Of a stretch of DNA of 64,000 nucleotides, positions 62,300-64,000 are shown piece after piece. Under the pieces are notes generated by a model. The model was given only the letters and a program-made list of their open reading frames with translations. It had not been told where the DNA came from and did no database searches. The DNA comes from Zygnema circumcarinatum SAG 698-1b (Eukaryota; Plantae; Zygnematophyceae). The stretch spans positions 4,249,361-4,313,360 of the forward strand of contig CM074805.1 in the NCBI GenBank assembly GCA_037447605.1, written 5' to 3'. Both the position numbers and the translations under genes were made by a program. Each line of letters opens with the position of its first letter. Position 1 is the stretch's first letter.

Positions 62300-64000
62300 T
62301 CACATTCTGCTGGAGTCTCGTCCAAAGATGGCTTTCTTGGTCCAGTCGAAAACCACGAGGAACCGAGTACGCCAACTCACTTGCTTGCTGCCCCGTGGCC
62401 AGACACTTTCATGTTTCAGTTTTATGAAAAATCCGGGTGCTTTAAGTATATACAGAATGCTACATAGAGAGTGGCGAGAGTAGAGTGGATCGGGGCAGTC
62501 ACGAAGCAGATTTCAACGGTCTGACTTTGAGATTCTATTGGTCAAAACATTAGCTTAGCTCAAATGTGTGAATTCTTCTGCATTTCATCAAGCGGGTGGG
62601 TTGAACTAAAGACTAAAAGCAGGAAGTTTGAAGCTCACCTCGCGTATACCGAGTACCATAGCCACATTGAAGATTGACCCAAATTGACCCAATCACCCGG
62701 TAGCTCGACTCCTGCCTCTCCACTGCCTAAAGGAGCGAACTGTCCGAGATGTCGATACCTGAGAAAACCAACAGCTACCAACATACTGTGAGTTCGGAAA
62801 CGAACCCCGACATTCGCTCACCAATTTGCAGCGGCAAGTCTCAAGTAAAAAAAAGCTGTGGCTATCTCTCCCATCTCATACTTAAAGGGCTTAAATCGAT
62901 GTCTCCCTGTCCCCCTAACACGCAAGGGGCCTTCAGACGGAGCGTCATCATCCTGCAACTTGTTGAAACATTTTGCCAAATAGTCCCCTTGCTGCGCTGC
63001 AACCTGAGCACTCCCAGCCCAACACACCCACATTCTGCCAATTCATATTTCTGCAGCATAAGAAAAAGAAGCACTGATGCTTTTCGCTGATCAGAATCGT
63101 TCTCCAATTCGAAATCAGCAAAACTTCGGCGGTTGCTCACCTTGCATGTGATATTTGTCAATGCAAAGATTCCAGAAGCCTTTTCACTCTACTTCTGTTT
63201 TTTGAACGAGGAGCAGAATATGGGAACGGTTCGATTCTGAGCGAGTTTTAAACTCCTCAGAGAAACGGCGACGTCAAAATTAGCTTACCTGGGCGGTGGC
63301 AGGAAGTGACTTCATTTGAGAATCAACCTTTCCTAGTGCCCTTTCAAACTCTCGAATGCTGATTTTTTGAGTTTTTTTGGCTAAACCACGAGCTTCCGGC
63401 GCTGCCTCGGGATGTGCGTCCTGCAGAGGAGAAAGTGAAGAAAGTGAAGGAGAAGTGAGAGGAGAGAGAAGACGAGAAAACAAAAGGAGATGACGAACGG
63501 GCAGAAGAGAAAGGGGGAAAAGCGAGACGAGTGAGGAACAGACAATGAAGTTGCAATATCAGCATTGCCTCATCTGCCTCTGTGTGCTGCTGCAACAATG
63601 AGGTTGATGATTTCACACTGTCAACATGAACCGGAATGTAGAAGAGAATCGATGTGCACCCTCAGCAAGTCCCGGAATGTCTGACGTTTAAGAAAGATCG
63701 ACATCTGCGGATATCGCTCCTTCACTTTTTGCAGCACGTCTGTCAGCTCTTTGACAGTTAGCATGCCATCCTTATCTGTATCTGCCATCTCGAAGAGCAG
63801 TGAGATATCGTCCTGCCAGGACGAAAAACAGACCCCGGCACTTTGAAACAATTCAGCAACATTCAAGAAATTGTAGTAAACAAGTGCACACGAGCAATTT
63901 AAAGAGAAAAGTGCTGCTGTTTTTCCTCACTCTCACACGCCTAAGATGGAAACAAGAGTTACAGAATCCCTTTCTCACAACCCGACCTCCTTCCCTCTCC
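62300..64000 (-). CDS. NDB: NDB-type external alternative NAD(P)H dehydrogenase with EF-hand, 3' part; the 5' end lies beyond the window. Exons 63812-63660, 63420-63289, 63003-62882, 62758-62639, 62387-62300
   Basis: The EF-hand loop is DTDKDGMLTVKE. Downstream sequence reads KERYPQ, KVDSQMKSLPATAQ|VAAQQGDYLAKCFN, GPLRVRGTGRHRFKPFK|YRHLGQFAPLG...WLWYSVYAS|KQVSWRTRFLVVFDWTKKAIFGRDSSRM*. Confidence 0.94.

Noticed and set aside
1-64000. Prokaryotic, viral or horizontally acquired systems, and rRNA/tRNA genes
   Set aside because: All recognised genes are intron-containing or transit-peptide-bearing plant nuclear genes. I saw no operon-like ORF runs, integrase, transposase or reverse transcriptase frames, or tRNA/rRNA signatures by eye. 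A tRNAscan/Infernal run would be needed to exclude small ncRNAs.

Overview
This is eukaryotic nuclear DNA from a green plant, most likely a non-angiosperm streptophyte such as a charophyte alga or early-diverging land plant (inferred from gene content). It is gene-dense, with mostly short GT-AG introns and GA/CT-rich low-complexity tracts, so the six-frame ORF track mainly shows single exons or antisense shadows. Genes reconstructed by hand, in order: the 3' end of MOR1/XMAP215 (+); ATG18a-like (-); two tandem 11-exon secreted HOTHEAD-like GMC oxidoreductases (+); a ~22 kb fat-facets/USP9X-USP24-type deubiquitinase (+); a CYSTM protein (+); rhomboid RBL13 (+); formate-tetrahydrofolate ligase (+); a RIK/KHDC4-like KH protein (-); Psb27 (-); and the 3' part of an NDB-type EF-hand NADH dehydrogenase (-). 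Also present are a 181-bp MITE, a second inverted-repeat element family around RBL13, two well-supported GC-AG introns, G-box clusters and three unexplained intergenic regions with splice signals. I found no rRNA, tRNA, CRISPR or prokaryotic system, and nothing I can call a confirmed new biological system. The strongest leads are: patchwork homogenisation of the two GMC paralogs, confined to the GC-rich FAD-binding and catalytic exons; the giant FAF-type deubiquitinase; and the candidate orphan transcripts. All coordinates and identities were read by eye.
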